A stretch of 64,000 nucleotides of DNA. Source: Pavona decussata. Lineage: Eukaryota. The notes beneath the pieces were generated by a model. It searched no databases, was not told the origin of the DNA, and saw only the letters and a program-made list of their open reading frames with translations. Shown here piece after piece: positions 48,642 through 63,263 of this stretch (positions are counted from its first letter, which is position 1; the number at the start of each line of letters is the position of its first letter). The DNA is taken from contig CDRNST010000141.1 in the NCBI GenBank assembly GCA_977016875.1, forward strand, positions 806,001 through 870,000, read 5' to 3'. Position numbers and translations under genes: made by a program.

Positions 48642-49439
48642 TCACGGGTCAGTAAGCCAACTCTAAAAGCTTACAGCTCAAAACAAACTGCAGGAAACTA
48701 CAAGCACTGATTATTTTATGCCATTACTTTCAGCTGTCCGTTTTTTTTTTTTATTTAAGGGCGTAGAGCTTATGACGCCGGATGTTTGTTTTTCATCAGG
48801 TTTCTCGACGTATGTGATCCTTAGGACATGACCTTACAATCACACACGTCTATTTCAATTTTGTAAGCTTGTCATTCTTTTTTTTTTTGTTTTCGTACGG
48901 GAAATATTTTGTAAATAAACCATTGGATAAACTCTAAAACATTTGCATCGAGTCTTGTCAGAAGTTTGCTCCCAAACACAATCGTGATAACATTTCAACC
49001 TCAACCACAAACCGAGTCGGCGTGATGACGTCATAGAAGTATCCGAGAAACGAAAGTGGGATGTCTCGAAAATCCAAAATATTTACTCTCTTTACTGAAT
49101 TTGTCTTATTTAAGTATCGTCATATTTCAATCTACAGAAAGTTAAAATAAGCAATGCATGACCTTGTAAGATTTTTAAAACAACTTAAAGAATGCACGGC
49201 TGATGGAACAGCTAGTTTTTGCTCAGACAAAACTAACCTTCTTCAAGGGCTAGAAAGGTCTAGAAAGATCTCTAAGATTTCTCAGGCGGCTATCGCGGGT
49301 GGGGTAGAGTGCCACGGATCGTGATCGCAAGCTTGAGTGGGAAGTGTTGTTAGATTTAAAGATTAAACTGCAAAGGACCGCGAACAAAAATGCTGCTAGT
49401 ATACGCAGGTTCTGTGAAAGATCTAATCAGCCAAAAATA

Positions 49440-49582
49440 AACATACAAGTAACTGAAATAACTACAAGGCTAATCTGACTGCATAGAAAACGTCACACGA
49501 CAGTGACATGATAGAGACCAAACCAAGAGTCAAGAATGCAACCATGGAGAGCTGTTTCAAGTTGGTTGGCTCTCGTTAGATT
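49440..49582 (-). mobile_element. Degenerate copy of the hammerhead-bearing repeat seen at 17.8-18.0 kb
   Basis: Minus strand ctaacgagagccaaccaacttgaaacagctctccatggttgc...tttggtctctatcatgtc matches 17860-17985. Confidence 0.75.
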
Positions 49583-52056
49583 TCTGTTAGTTTCTCAAGT
49601 CCTTATCCTGTTGTGTCTGATTAAAAGCTCATGTTGACAAAATTTTACCTCATTTAACACCGATTGTCTCCTTCATTTTTTTCTCTGTTTACGTGCCAGG
49701 TCAGGTAACCAAAGGGTCACCAGACAGATGATGTGTGGACATTTTTATAAAGGTGATGCACTGATTAAGAGCAGAACCACTCAATCTAACGGATATTTGA
49801 AGTGAAAATTAGTTGTGGCGGACTTAACCTGTCGACAAATAACATTTGGGGCGCTGCAGGGGGCAGATTCACAAGGTCCTCCTAAGTTAAGATGTTTTCT
49901 ATTTTTTGTTTGTTAACAATAGTCTGTTGATGGCAGGACAATAGTCTATTGTCATGAAACAGTATTTAGGATATGGCTCATAACTTAGCAAGGCTTCCTG
50001 AATCTTGGCTCCTGATCCCAAAGCCTTTTTCTTCAGGGAGCTCACGCAAAATGCTAATTCTGGAGCCGGGAGTAAGGCTAAAGATCCCCCTGAGATACTT
50101 GGCACACTCTAACCAAAACTTAATACAATATGATAGTTAATAGAAAAACTAATGAAATCAAATTATAATGTATTGAATTTAGGAAAAAAATGTTTAAATC
50201 CGACCGAAGAATCCGCAGTGTAATTTAGTTCTATCCCTTGTTTGCTGGTAATGATTGGTGAAATCAGAACGTGTTGAACTGATACTGAATATCCAAACCG
50301 CACTGAATTTAGGAATTATGCCAAGGAGACCAGCTTTTTTTTTACGTCTACAGATGTTTGTTTAAGTGCTATAGTTGGTCAGATAGTAACCGAGTTCAGT
50401 AGTACAGCCTTCTTCAGGGTGGGTACACCCTTGTGTCCTGGCATTACAGCCTTCTACCCCGAACAAGGCTGTAATGGTAAAACATCGGTAATCATAAAAC
50501 ATATGATCAACTCCTCTAATTATCGAGTTCAACCGCTGCGTAGTACATATATTATTATGGTATTAGTTTCCATGTTTCTCAGCGAATGCGCACAGTAATT
50601 TCTTTAAGGCTTTCTTTACGTTTGACGTAACTCCGATTGTCATCATTTATCTCTGATTCAGTAAAATTTTAGTTAGATATGGTAGCTTTAATTTGCTTGT
50701 GCAGAGACATGTATACCGGCAAAGTGGATTTCGAAGAAAGAGACATGACAAGGAAAAAAGAACTTATCAAGTTGCCAGACATGTTCCTGTGCAAAGTTCA
50801 CAACTAAAATGTGAAAGAAAACATCTAACACCCGGCTGAAGAGCCACCAGTGTTTCATATGAGTCACTGCTGTTGATTTATTTCGGCTGCAAGCGAAATA
50901 CCATCGCCATTGGCCTTCTGGCGCCGAATGGTGTACGGTAAACTGGAACGATAAATCATAAAGTAATTTCGTTCCTACTGAAAGCCTCCACAGTTCAAGA
51001 AAGTTTTGTATTAGAAACTAGCTCAAACATCTCGATGACTTTTCACCTGTAGACGACTTCCCGTCTACCGGCGGCCGACAACGTCCCTTTGTACTGCCTC
51101 GTATGGACCGTATGAAAACATACAGAGCAAATTGTACTGATGGTAATCAATGTTGCAAAACGATATGATTTCAAGTATGGTGGCCTGTTGAGCCATGTTC
51201 CATGTTTTAAATTTTGCCTATATGCTAATTTTCAATCGCTTTCTTATAACTTGAAAATGACCTCAGAAAGGTCGAGACATAATTTCTTTTTATCGCTAGT
51301 TTTGATCGTCAAAAATTGAAGATTAGAAAAATTTTACGCGCAGAAATTTGTAGCTGACAGACCGTCCCATGTCAAAGATCAGAAGCTTTCTTTCCCCGGA
51401 ACACAGGAAGAACAACACAAGATTACGTTAGCATTCTCGGCTTGTCTGCCGCCTAACGCAATAGACAGTTCCGTTGTAAACTTATCACATGCGAAAGCAG
51501 TTGTTTATTTTCAGCAACTTTGAATCAGAAGACATAATACTCTGTTATCCTATCTTATAATATACTTCTTGGCTCAGCATGGTGTTTGAAGTTGGAACTG
51601 CAAAACGTCCTGCCTGATTATATACAGGGAGACTGCAGCTTTCGGTACGCAGTGAATAAGAATGGTTAATAATATATGGCTAAGTTATGTAGTAAGCCGC
51701 TACGTCGTACATGGTACTAAGAAAGCAATTAATTCAAGAGTCATGGATGAACATAGCAGAGTACACGGTTCGCTAGGTAGAGAGACATCGAAAAAGAAGT
51801 ACGCAATTAATTTATCTCCTTATTTCGCTTTTTTACAACAATGAATGTCTGATGTAAAAGTTTCTGTCTTTTTTGTTTCAGAGGAGTGCACACACTTCTC
51901 TCTTTCACTTTACGCGTTCATCGATGGAACAAGGAGGGTGCACATTAACGTTCCGCTTACCACGTGCTCGCTTTGTGTGAGTCATCCTCCAAGGTATTCT
52001 GTAGTTTCGCTTTCAAACAGGTAGCGTTTGCAAAAGCTCCCTTACGGACATTGATT

Positions 52057-52644
52057 TTAGACTCTCGTATTTCGTCTCTCCAAACAAACGCTTTTCATTT
52101 GCTTTCTTGTTTTACTCTCTGCGGAATGTGGGTATGAAAATGGCGCAATCGGTGGAAGAACACAACTCAAAGATCGCACCTTTGTAAGGCTGTCCTCTCC
52201 TGGCGTTGTTGTATCGTAAACTTCGCCGCTGTTACGTGTGCTGTTATTCGTCGAAAGGCAGAAAATAGACTCATGAGAAGAACTCAGTGTTCGCTTGCTG
52301 TTCAACAGAAATTCTTGGTTTCTTCGCTGTTGGGTGTACAAAGGTGTATCACTATTGATTTCCCATTTATTCTTTCCTTCGATTCGTGGAGTCGTTTTGC
52401 TCGCGCTGTTGAATTCTCCATAAGGATGCGCTCTTCGAGCTTCTTGCGTTTTCAACGTTTTAGAATGGCGTTGAAGCAGCAGCTCTTTTTCCCTCTCAAA
52501 CGCCTTCTCATTCTTTGTTCTGGCTTCTTCTAGCAGAAGACACTTCTTCCTAAATATTTCTTTTTCGCCTGCGTTTCTTGCCATCAAATATCTCGCTCGC
52601 TTCTTAGATAAAACAACTTTGGGTAAACCATTGTAAGCAGACAT
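52057..52644 (-). CDS. Coiled-coil family member B2 (195 aa; probably C-terminally truncated)
   Basis: LMARNAGEKEIFRKKCLLLEEARTKNEKAFEREKELLLQRH; NKWEINSDTPLYT and SSHESIF shared with B1; LPPI; no CRYLR before the stop. Confidence 0.65.
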   Translation of the reverse strand: MSAYNGLPKVVLSKKRARYLMARNAGEKEIFRKKCLLLEEARTKNEKAFEREKELLLQRHSKTLKTQEARRAHPYGEFNSASKTTPRIEGKNKWEINSDTPLYTQQRRNQEFLLNSKRTLSSSHESIFCLSTNNSTRNSGEVYDTTTPGEDSLTKVRSLSCVLPPIAPFSYPHSAESKTRKQMKSVCLERRNTRV

Positions 52645-55600
52645 CTTTATGAACTGTTGAACAGAATTTTATCGGCTGAAAAGTTGTGCCGTGTAATAGC
52701 TGGTAAGTTACAAGCACTCGTCTTTATATAGTATGGGCGTAATACCTGATACGATCAGCATGCGGAAAATCGTTTATTAACGTTCTTCATCCGTAGCCCT
52801 GGTATGTGCTTTCACTATTAATGTACACAAACTAAGCTTAACAAACGCTTTCACCAAGGAAAAAAGGCAGGTTTAACGGCCGTATTTCAAGCTGAGTATA
52901 ACTAGTCTTAACGGTTACTAGCTGAAATATTGGCCATATTTGCCTTCATATCAGCCTGATTAAAGACTTCGGCTTCTTACACATTAATGGACCTGTGACA
53001 CGTGCATCACTGCAGCAATAGATCAGGTGCTATTTATTTGTCTGTTATTCGGTCCTTGAATTCCAATGTTTTTTGACAAATAACGTGCAGTTCAAAAATC
53101 CCTTATAAAAATAATTTCGTGATCTAAGTTTTGTAAGGGAAATACTTGTATTCGATATATTCGTCGATGCCATAAACTGTATAAATTCTGTCGAGAACAA
53201 CAACATCAGGGCTTGGTCCAAACTTTTGCCTCAGGTATCTTTGTCATCAACTAAATATATTGATGCGCAGGAGAGCTATTGATCATTTTGATTGGGTCAC
53301 GTGACGGCATGCTTGCTCGAGTGCAAGCGATGACGTCTTTTGTGGCCTGAGAACAAAGCAAAAAGATTCATTCATATCTCGTGACAAAACATATTACGTC
53401 ATTCAAAGACTAATTCGGACAACAAACATTATGACCAAGCGTGAAGTATAGATTTAGAAGTTGTCACATTTTCTAAATATAGAAAAGAATCGACGCCATT
53501 GCAGTGCTACCATAACACTTTCGCGTCTTACTTCAGTACAAGCGTTCACTTTGGATTTTAAAAACTACTTTTCAAAGAATGATACAATTCACATGTATAA
53601 TTCCGGATCTTCGGAGAAACTACCTAACAAGTAACTATCAAATAATACACATATTTTTATTTAATCCACTCACGTGATTGAGCATGCACTTTGATTATTC
53701 ATTCGTACAAAACCGTTCGAATCGATTCAGCCACTACTTACCAAATCCGCAGTTTCGGCTTTTTTATATATTTATAAATATTAACCTTGGAAAGGAACAG
53801 GGAAATTGGCCTGTAATGGATCGAAAAGTTAAACTGGACGAATCGGTTATTTCCTGTTTTTGACTAGTGCCAGTCTCGCTCTAAGCTAGCTTTGTCTCAG
53901 GCTTAGAAGAAACTGAAGCCGGCACTGTACCATGGGACGGCTTGCCAATCGAGATGAGGGACATTGCATTTAAAAAACAAAATAAAAAAAAAAAAGAAGC
54001 AAAACGATGTAATCATTCAACATCTTTACTATCCTGTCCATAATTAACCACAACATATACAATAGCTGTTCTTTTTCGTTTTGATTATAATTAGTACAGA
54101 GACTATGATATAGTGTAATATTTTAAAAATGTCGTGCTGTACGGTGTAAACAATATGATGAAAACAATATATATTTTGGAGATCTCCTTATGAAGATCTT
54201 GCAGGAATCATCTGCAATTGGGAGAAGTACCTTTCGAGATCAAAGCGATGTATGTGTGAAGTTAAAAATGGCAAATCAACCGTCGGCCAAGTTCTTTTAC
54301 AAGCTCACATCCTTTTATCAAGACACGAAAGTTTGAACTGAACATCTCTACATTCCAGTATGACAACTAAGGCATCAGAAAGTTAGAATAGCTTTCCTCT
54401 GAATGATCTCATATTTAAGCCGTTTGTCCGAGGTTATCTAGTGTAATGCAGTGGGCCTGGCTGACTCAAGAAAGAACCCGATACTAAACAAAGACAGAGA
54501 GAGAAAAGAAAGAAAGCGACTGTACAGCAGCCATTTTCAAGATTGTTTAAATGATATCATCTGCGCACAGGCACAAAGTCTGAGCTACATTGTCCTGACA
54601 AAATAGCAAACAGCAGCATAGGATGCTGTTCTCGAAATATAGCTCTCATTTCCGGCATTCAGTAACCAGACTGATACTAAGAAACGGTACTAAGGAAACG
54701 TATCGCTAAATTCTGGCCCAGCTTTTTTTTTAATTGTCACACACAAGTTAGTGTACTATCCAATGGCTCAAATTTGAATACCGTACCACCTAATTGCCTA
54801 CTTTGACCGAGTGAGCTGTGAGATTCGCTTCTGAGCTAGTTTTCCTTGCTAAAAGTGAGTTTCGTTTTACAAGAGTAGTCAATAGGGTCAATATGACCTT
54901 GTCACGTACCTTTCCATTACTAGTCTGTGAATGTGAAAACTTGACGACAAATTGTATACCAACAACTTGTCACCCATTTTCTAGGTACGAACTTGAAAGG
55001 TTGGAAATTGTCTGCCCCACGTTTTCGTTTTCGACTTCCCCTGGTGAAAAGGATTTTTCAAGTATTACTAGAAATAGATGGATGTTCCTCACTGAATAAA
55101 AACAGATTTTAAGGGATAAAAGGATAACTGTCATAATTTGCGTAATAACATTGAGAATTTTTTTTCGGTGCTATGGAAGTATCAACCACGTACATTTTTT
55201 AGAGCCATTTTGGGTAACTAATGGGGCAAATTTTGACCCCGCGAAGTCTAGAGGCATTCTTGCACGCAACTATCTCACCCAGTTTTCATCGTCTTTCACT
55301 CGTCAAGACTCCCCATCGATTCATAAACCCAAGGTTGTCTCTGTGCTGCACGCTCTTGTACGGAAATTTGCCAAGTCCCTGTCCAGCTTTTTCCCAGGCC
55401 CTCACGATCAATCTGCTTCGGTGACGTGACCACGTGATCCGAAACGGATTGGCCGAGATGAAACGCTGTACAACAACGTAAATATCTACATTCTCTCCAC
55501 TCAACAATAGCACGACCTGATCCTTAAAAAAAGCTCACTTTAAAGCTGCTCTACGGTTTTGTAGTACCATTCATTTTTTTCTTGACCTATTTTTCCAGTT

Positions 55601-57204
55601 GCGGCATGCATAGGTGGTGAAACTGGCATAAGACTATTTCCCAGTCCACTCGCAGAGTTGGCGAACATTTGGCCCACGAAATGATGATCAGAAATTAGTA
55701 ACGTGAAGGTGGGGACGGAACTGTTATGTAAATGCTGTGCGTGGGGCGGCCATCGAAAACCGAAAAAAATAATATTTGCTTTTAGAGGCTGCAAAGCAAC
55801 TTAATTATGCTGAGACCCTTAAAACAACAAGCGGCAAATGTAGAATAAACATAGTCACGTGGTCATTACTGCCGTTTACCGTAATTCTACACTCTTTATA
55901 ATCTCAACTATTTTACTCAGGTCTACAAAAGTTCCGCTATCTCTCAACGTCTTGTCACTCTGGTCTTGCCAAATTAAAGTTCTGTGGTCGGAATAACGTA
56001 AAGGGAAACTTGTTCGATTCTTTCAAGCTAGTGATTAAATTTCTCAAGGAAAGCACGTCAATAAAAACTGGCTCAAATTGGCACGTACACCAAACAAGAA
56101 AAAGAGGAAATTTGCTAAGTTTGGCCTCTTAATATTTTCGTGGTTTGGGACTTTTGGGGATAACGGCATGGATCAGCATCGAAGGAACGGTAGCAACTTT
56201 CATTTCACTCGATGGAAAGAGAATTCGTGCGGTTGATGGCGAACCCCTTCAACCACCCCTTCCCAAAAAAAATATAAAATAGATAAACAAACAAATAAAT
56301 AAATGAATAAATAAATAAATGATCAGTGTGAAAATCGAAGAAATTAGGGCTGATCGCAGAGTAGAGCTGTAAGTGCGGTGAGATAAATTGCATAACCAAC
56401 CAACCAACCACAGTATATTGACTTGTCTGGTTCTCCAGTAAATTTCCCCACTGTGCTGTAACTCATATCAGTACAGTGATTTATTTTCTCCCTAATGGAT
56501 CTTTTCTACTCAAATTAAACAAAACACAAAGTTGTCACTTATACAGATAATCTTTCTCCATTGAAGTGCACTTATAGCGTGGCCGAGGAAGCACAGCTCG
56601 ATTGCCACAAATGAAATATTCTCGGGTCAGTGCGTCAATCACGCGATTTACACATTATTCATGGATGATTGGTTCAGTAATACATTTGATATTGATATAT
56701 AACCACAATCTCGTAAAACCATAATAACAAGACATCTCAATAAACTCATAGAATTTAATAAAATCATAGAATTTACTCCACAATATTTAGGATAATCGAT
56801 ATTTAGAACAATATTCCTTTATTCATCAGGAGTTCTGAATCTCCTATCGCAATAAAATATCAACATTTTACATGCTGAATCGACTTTCACTGATCTTTAC
56901 ACGAACATTTGCTGTTTTATGATCTGCCGTGGTTTTTAATAGTTTTTGTAATATTTGCTACCAATTACTTAGCTAAATATAATATTAGTTAGTCCTCATT
57001 AAAAGTAATTATTGCACAATATATGTATGTTACATAAATAAACATCACAATTATCATCATCATCATAAATTTTTCGAGTAATACCGTTTTATAGTTCATT
57101 TTTATGCAAATATCAAAAATTATCTCCCGTACCCGTTATAATGTGATACAAAAGCCAATATTACACATGCCTTCAGTTGTCTGTAATCATCTCAGTCAGT
57201 TTTT

Positions 57205-57999
57205 TCAGTCTTTGCAGGATGTCCGTAAATATCTACACCTTCGCATGTCCTGCCAGTCATCAAGAGGACAAAGATCCTCGTCTATTGCATTTTTGCGTCC
57301 TATCCACTGCAGTTTTGTCTCACTTTTGGATAACTTTACACTTGTTTTCAGCGAGGTGAAATTTATATCCGGGAGCGAAAGTGTCGAAGAACTGTCACTG
57401 AGTTTCTTCACGGAGTCTAAGGACGTTTTGCTTCTCGATCGAGGGCGAAGAGGCATCGACGACAACTGTTGATCACCCATCGACAAGGACGAAGCTGGAA
57501 GGGTTAGTGTTGACGGCGTACTACTCGTTGGGCGAATATTGGGAGTGGTTTGGCTTCTTGAGACGGCGCGAATTGGGCGAAGAGGCGACCAATGCTCGCT
57601 CATGATGACTCCCGCCGACGAAGATGAAAGTGAAGATTTCATTGTATCACCGCTCACAGGTCGACGATCAGCATCTGAAAACGTTTTGCTTCTCGTAATC
57701 GTGACCCTTTTGTGAGAAGGCGGCGATAACTGCTCATGTAACGATGAAGAAGAAACTGAAAGCATGTTCCTCTCCGGAGCAGCTTTCCGCCTCGAATTTG
57801 GCGACAATTCGCCCGTCAAATTTGACCGCCGTTGTAGCATCTGTTCCCTCTGCTTGAGGAACATTTTTTCCTCCGAGTTCCATTCTTTCTGGAGAAGCCG
57901 CGCCTCTTTCTTTAAAGCAGCTGCGTCGTGTGCATTTCGGAAAAGCAAAGTTTTTGCGTTGTTCTTGGACAGTAAAATCTCTTCATTGCTCGGTTTCAT
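57205..57999 (-). CDS. Intronless coiled-coil / Ser-rich / CRYLR protein (264 aa from first ATG), family member C
   Basis: LLFRNAHDAAALKKEARLLQKEWNSEEKMFLKQREQMLQRR; disordered S/R-rich middle; SLPDI; DDWQDMRRCRYLR at the C terminus. Confidence 0.85.
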   Translation of the reverse strand: MKPSNEEILLSKNNAKTLLFRNAHDAAALKKEARLLQKEWNSEEKMFLKQREQMLQRRSNLTGELSPNSRRKAAPERNMLSVSSSSLHEQLSPPSHKRVTITRSKTFSDADRRPVSGDTMKSSLSSSSAGVIMSEHWSPLRPIRAVSRSQTTPNIRPTSSTPSTLTLPASSLSMGDQQLSSMPLRPRSRSKTSLDSVKKLSDSSSTLSLPDINFTSLKTSVKLSKSETKLQWIGRKNAIDEDLCPLDDWQDMRRCRYLRTSCKD

Positions 58000-59619
58000 G
58001 TCGGTACGTTCGTGACGAAGGAAAACTCTACACTGCAAGCCTCTGACGAGTGATCATTCAATTTAAGCTTCTGATATTATCATTATTCAAACAATTGCTT
58101 AATGACGATCAAGATGCATGAGTGACGATACAATATGTTGAACAAGCTTTAAACAATCAACTTTTGAAACCACCTACGCTCAATGACGTCAAGTCACCAG
58201 TGCGAATCTGAACTTTTCACGCAATCGGACAGAACATAACAGATAATTTGTGAAAAAGAAACATATAATCACTTAAGCCTACTAAAACCGTCATCTTTAT
58301 CCTTGAAAGGTATTATTAATTGGTGGGTAATTCACGGAATTTGGCCTTGTAGTCTTAGTTCTTCAACACTGACTTTCTTTCGCATTTCTCTTTCGTCATG
58401 GAGGGAATGCAGTACTTCAAATTTCCGGAATGCTTTTATTTGTTCAACCCTGAAGTCAACAACACTTCGTTTAACGTTGCTTATCTTCTCTGAAGCTTGA
58501 TTAATTGAACTCAAAATTTGTTTGCAAAGTAAAACGGACTTATGGCCGCTGGGTTGGGCTGGAACTCTATGATGATTCGGTGTGTAAACTTTCTTCTTTT
58601 CGTGTCAGCGGAAGAAGAAGGCAACTACAAGCGAATCACCGTTCACTCAAGACCTTAATCATCTAAAAATTTCGGAATAGTTGTACAGAAAATCTTAGTT
58701 TTCTTCGGCAAAATGCCAGTTCAAAACTTCGCAACACTGGCAAACTATGTCCCTTTGTTTTTGGAAGGGCAAATATGCGAAATAAGGTCAACTAGCATTT
58801 TCGTGAAGCCAACAACAGTTCATAAATTCGGGAAACAATATTCCATTTTTCAAAAACTTTGCGAAAGTTAAATTTTCAGCTGAAGCATTCGAACAGATTA
58901 CACTGTGCCAGCTAACACAGATATGCCTTTAAAGGGCGGCAAAACGAACTTGGAACACAGTAGACAACATATTTTTTGGTGAACTGTTCTCGTTGGGTGC
59001 ACCATTCCCAATTACTTCATGGTTATTGCTCCCCGATTTCGTGACAAAAATTTTCTTCGCCCTCACACCTCCAGGATTTAATTATACAGCTGAGTAAGTG
59101 AACGTGATGTAATGCCAAGGTTTAACTTCCATTGTTGCTTATCAATGCTGGTCTTTTGCCCAACACACAATTGATCAGCTAATCCTTTTAGTCTTAGCCT
59201 TGAGTTATGTTATTAAAAGCTCTAAATTTCGAGCAAGTAGAGGAAAACGAAAGTGTGACGGCAGTGAAAGTTCAGCTGAGTGACATTACTGACTTTCCTG
59301 CGGTGATGTTTACTTCTGAATCTATGGAAAGTTATAATCCTGCAGTGCGATCAATTAAGTCAAGCCATGCACTGGGCAGAAATTACACTGCGATTTGAAC
59401 ACATAGCACGGGTCGCGGTAGGAGTGGGGGGAGAGGAAGGGGGGAGGATGAACTCCTGATTAAAGTGTTACCCACCCAATTGCCCTTAAGCAGAAGAATG
59501 TTCGGCTGTTTCGGTTTATTTTATGGTATTTAAAAAACACATTCAGGGATTTCGTCCTGCTCCAAAATTATCGTGAGAACTAACCATGACTTTGAAAGTG
59601 CGAGTGGCTGATCAAATCA

Positions 59620-59971
59620 CTCATGTCCTATGCCTGTTTCCTCTGAGCCATAACGTACATTATTCAGTAAGCTTTGTTAGTAAACTTCTCTACCCACACC
59701 AAAGCAAATACCAGTGACGCTGTGTGATTGAACGTGATCCGGCCGCCTGTACACTTTTCACGCAATCAAAGCTTGCCTTGTTATGCTCCAGTCCACTCAA
59801 GGGTTTCTTGAGGTCTCCTCGCCACTTCTTACTTCTTTTACTATTTTTTTATTTACTCTAAACTTATGTACTTGTAATCCTAGTCTATTATTCATTGTAA
59901 CTTTCTATGTTTGTATGTCGTGGTGAATAAATAAATAAATAATAAATAAAAATAAAATAATAAATAATAAA
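59620..59971 (+). mobile_element. Probable LINE 3' end with (AATA)n tail
   Basis: T-rich UTR-like stretch ending tgtatgtcgtggtg-aataaataaataaat... Confidence 0.4.
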
Positions 59972-61049
59972 GCAACTGCATACGACAAATACGGCGGCAA
60001 TTAACTGATTAACCAAATCCAAACACAGAGCACTTTCATTTTCCTTCAGTTACTCTAATTTCTGCTCTTTTGTGTTCATTCCTAAAGTTAATTCTTACAA
60101 GACGTGCCCAGCTCCAAGCAATTAGAGAGGAAACGAGCCCATTAGATTATGATAATTAGGGTCACGAAGTATTTATTTTTCAACTGTTTGCTTTTTCTAG
60201 AAGGTCCTAGAATAAAAACTAGTCCATCACATATACGTAGTTAATTGCCGTAAAATTTAAAGCCAATGAAACGCGGTGCGGTATTTGTTGAGCAACAAAT
60301 ATTGCACGTGTTTTCACTGTGTATCATTCGCTTCAAAAAAACTGAGCGGTTGTTTTATTTGAAACACACACCAAAGAGCTAGCTATTCATAGTGTCGACG
60401 GAATATGAAAACCTTGTTGTACTTTTTAACTGTTTGTAAATAATGCAAATTCATTTGGCAAGTTGTGACGAGCCTTCTCGAACCCATACCCCTACAACAA
60501 GGGTCAAAATTCGTTCGACCACCCGCCCCCTTTCCCCCGTGCAATGTTGGATAGCGCGAGGAACGCGACATCATTTGCAGCGCGTTCAAGTTTAAACATT
60601 GAATGGTGGGAAAGGGAGAGAGACGCGATCAAGACGAAAGTGTACCTCTCTTGGCCGGAGTACAATTTCAACTCAAATCGCTTCCAGAATCGGTGCAGTT
60701 TTGCGAGTCACCACGGCCATTTTTGGTATTGCCACGCACACTGCGACCAGAATATACAAACGCTTTCATCGAAACGCAATTCGACTGTGGCCTGTCTCAC
60801 TGAACAGCTGCCAGGGAAACTACAAAATCGTGCTGCCAGAGGTATTAGGAAATCAAGTCTGGACCACTATGAATATGGCAATTACTGTGGTACCTACGGC
60901 CGTGGACAAAAATATACGAGCCAATTGAAAGAGGAAGCCCAAGCACCCTTGAACCCTTAATCAACTTTGCTGCGGGGGAAATAGTGTAAAGCACCAAGGT
61001 GTCACGATCTTTTACTCTGTGTTGGCACTGGGTTGTAGCTATACCTTAA

Positions 61050-61350
61050 TATGTTAGAGAAGCTAACGGCAAGTATGATGTATAAAAAGTACATTAACAA
61101 GTTCGACCCAGTTTATCTCTGTAACATCAGACGTTTACTTATAATTATGATTCCCACGACAAGAACCAAAAATTGTTTTTGCCAAAGCCAAGAATTGACT
61201 ACTTAAAACACAGCTCTTCTTATAGTGGAACTATTCTCTGGAACAGTCTCGGCCCCAAGGAAACGGCCAATTCTCTGGGCCTCTTCAAAAGAGGTATTGA
61301 ATGGATGAGTTTCTGTATCGACCTGTATCCGACTCAAACACGGTAAATAT
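61050..61350 (+). mobile_element. L2/CR1-type LINE ORF2 C-terminal remnant
   Basis: YNYDSHDKNQKLFLPKPRIDYLKHSSSYSGTILWNSL...ANSLGLFKRGI matches the LPKPRTxxxKRSFSYSGAxLWNSL tail of these reverse transcriptases. Confidence 0.75.
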
Positions 61351-63263
61351 CGAAGCAGTCAATGGAGTTTGATATTCTCTAAATGTTTGCAAGTGAAGTA
61401 GAGCTGCATCTTATACTGGTCAGTTGGCCAATGCGACAAAGCACGAATTGAGAGCAGGTCCTTCGTGCGAGGCGTCACATCTCATAGTTCGTAGAAGGTC
61501 TTAAAATGGTCTTCAACGTGCAGAATGTTATTGTGCCAAGGCCGGTACAGTAAAAACAACATAGTATTTGTGTCCCACAGTCAATTAAAATTGTTTCAGT
61601 TAGTTGCTTGGTAAAATTTTGTTCAAGTTAAGTTAAATTTTGTTCTCCCACCCTCTCTACAAAGCCCTCTAACTGGCCCCACTGTCTTAAGACCTTAAAA
61701 ATACATACAATACAAGCCCCCAAGGGTTCAATAAAGCACTGATTTTCGGTGTACAGATCATCGCTTTGTCATTTTAAGACAACTCACTACTGTTGTCGTG
61801 TACGCATTTGCGACATCCAAATTAATTGTAGCTCGGCTCACTTTTAATCTGTCTGCCGAAGTTAATTTTGCAGAATTAACAGATTCATTCTCGCTGCCGG
61901 CAGGTTTCAACATATTACTCCGTTTGTGACAATGTCCTGATAACCTACCAGGCCTGAAAGCTAAATTGAACAACAGAAGCTCAATTTTTGTTTTTTGTAA
62001 AAGCGGACTTAAAATCTCCACAAATTTCATAGTATCGAGTACATTAAGAAAGTTACACTAAAAAGATAAAAAAAAAATGGATTTAAAATACTAAACGTAA
62101 ATCGGTTGTGTTGATCGAACTTCATCGACTTCCAGTTCATTACAACGAATTACATTAAGATTTTTTCTTCTTCTTTAGAAAGCTTTCAATAGCTGATGTC
62201 CTAGGTAGCTTTTTTGAGTAAAGTACATCAGCCATCAAGAGAGCTACAGCCAAGCCGGTAAGAATGGAGACAGGGCGTTTTACGTGTGCCCCAAGAGATC
62301 GGAAAAAGTGGCACCGATTCGTCGGACAAGAGCCAAAAAAAAAAAACACAGGAGTACTAATTTCCGCGCGGTCAAAAAGCGAGAAACACACAAAGTCCCA
62401 GGGAAACATTAGCTACGCAGGTCAGTTAGAACAATAAGCGCGCATTTTCCTTCCTGACGCTCTGGACTTGTGCGGTGACGATACAATGGGTATGGACTGT
62501 TTGAAAGCGTTTCTTTCCCACTGCTGATACCCAAGTCATAAAATTTTCGCGGGAAAGCCGCCAAAATAAAACTCCATTCCCACTGAATCAAATGAAAGGA
62601 CGATTTTTAGCTGTGTCAGTTTTCAGCGTGCAAAATGACACGCAAGGATCAAGAAAGGGAAAAAACTGTGACTAATGACGCAGCGAGTACTTAAAAAAAA
62701 ATAACTTGAATAAAAAAAAAGAAAGAGCAGGCACTCCAAACATCTGCAAAGTACAATATGTGCTTGAGAGTATTTATAGTACATACGCGACGAAAAAACA
62801 AATCAAGCCTTAGTCATGGGTTGGTTTAATTCGTTTGTGCCATTAATAGAACGCTTGTTTGTTTATGAATCAAAATCGTTCGGCGTAACAATTTGTGACA
62901 AAGGTAAAGTAAAGGTTACTCTCTATTTTAATTTTAATGTGCAATGATTTTATTTTCTGCGCATCAGAAGAAAAATTGGTGGCCTTTTAAGAAACCCCGT
63001 CAGCGTATTTCTAGAATTTGCCAGGATGAAGAAACTCTTGCGCGCACTGAAGTAATGCTTGCGTCTTTGTCTCATTGTTCGGCGTTATCTCAAAGAGCAC
63101 GTATACCCAAAGGCAAATACAATTGCGGTTAAAATGTTGACGGTCGATTGGTTCCGTTCGTTCAAACATCACGTCGTTAAGATCCCTTTAGGACTCATAA
63201 ACAACCACTTTTTACGCTGAGTGGTCCTGAGTCAAGTTGTTTGTAGCCGGCTAACAGTGTAAG

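Noticed and set aside
58332-58514. Helical-looking 60-aa ORF upstream of family member C
   Set aside because: Non-ATG start, lacks the family RN/F/LLQ motif, and no convincing splice link to the 57205 ORF.
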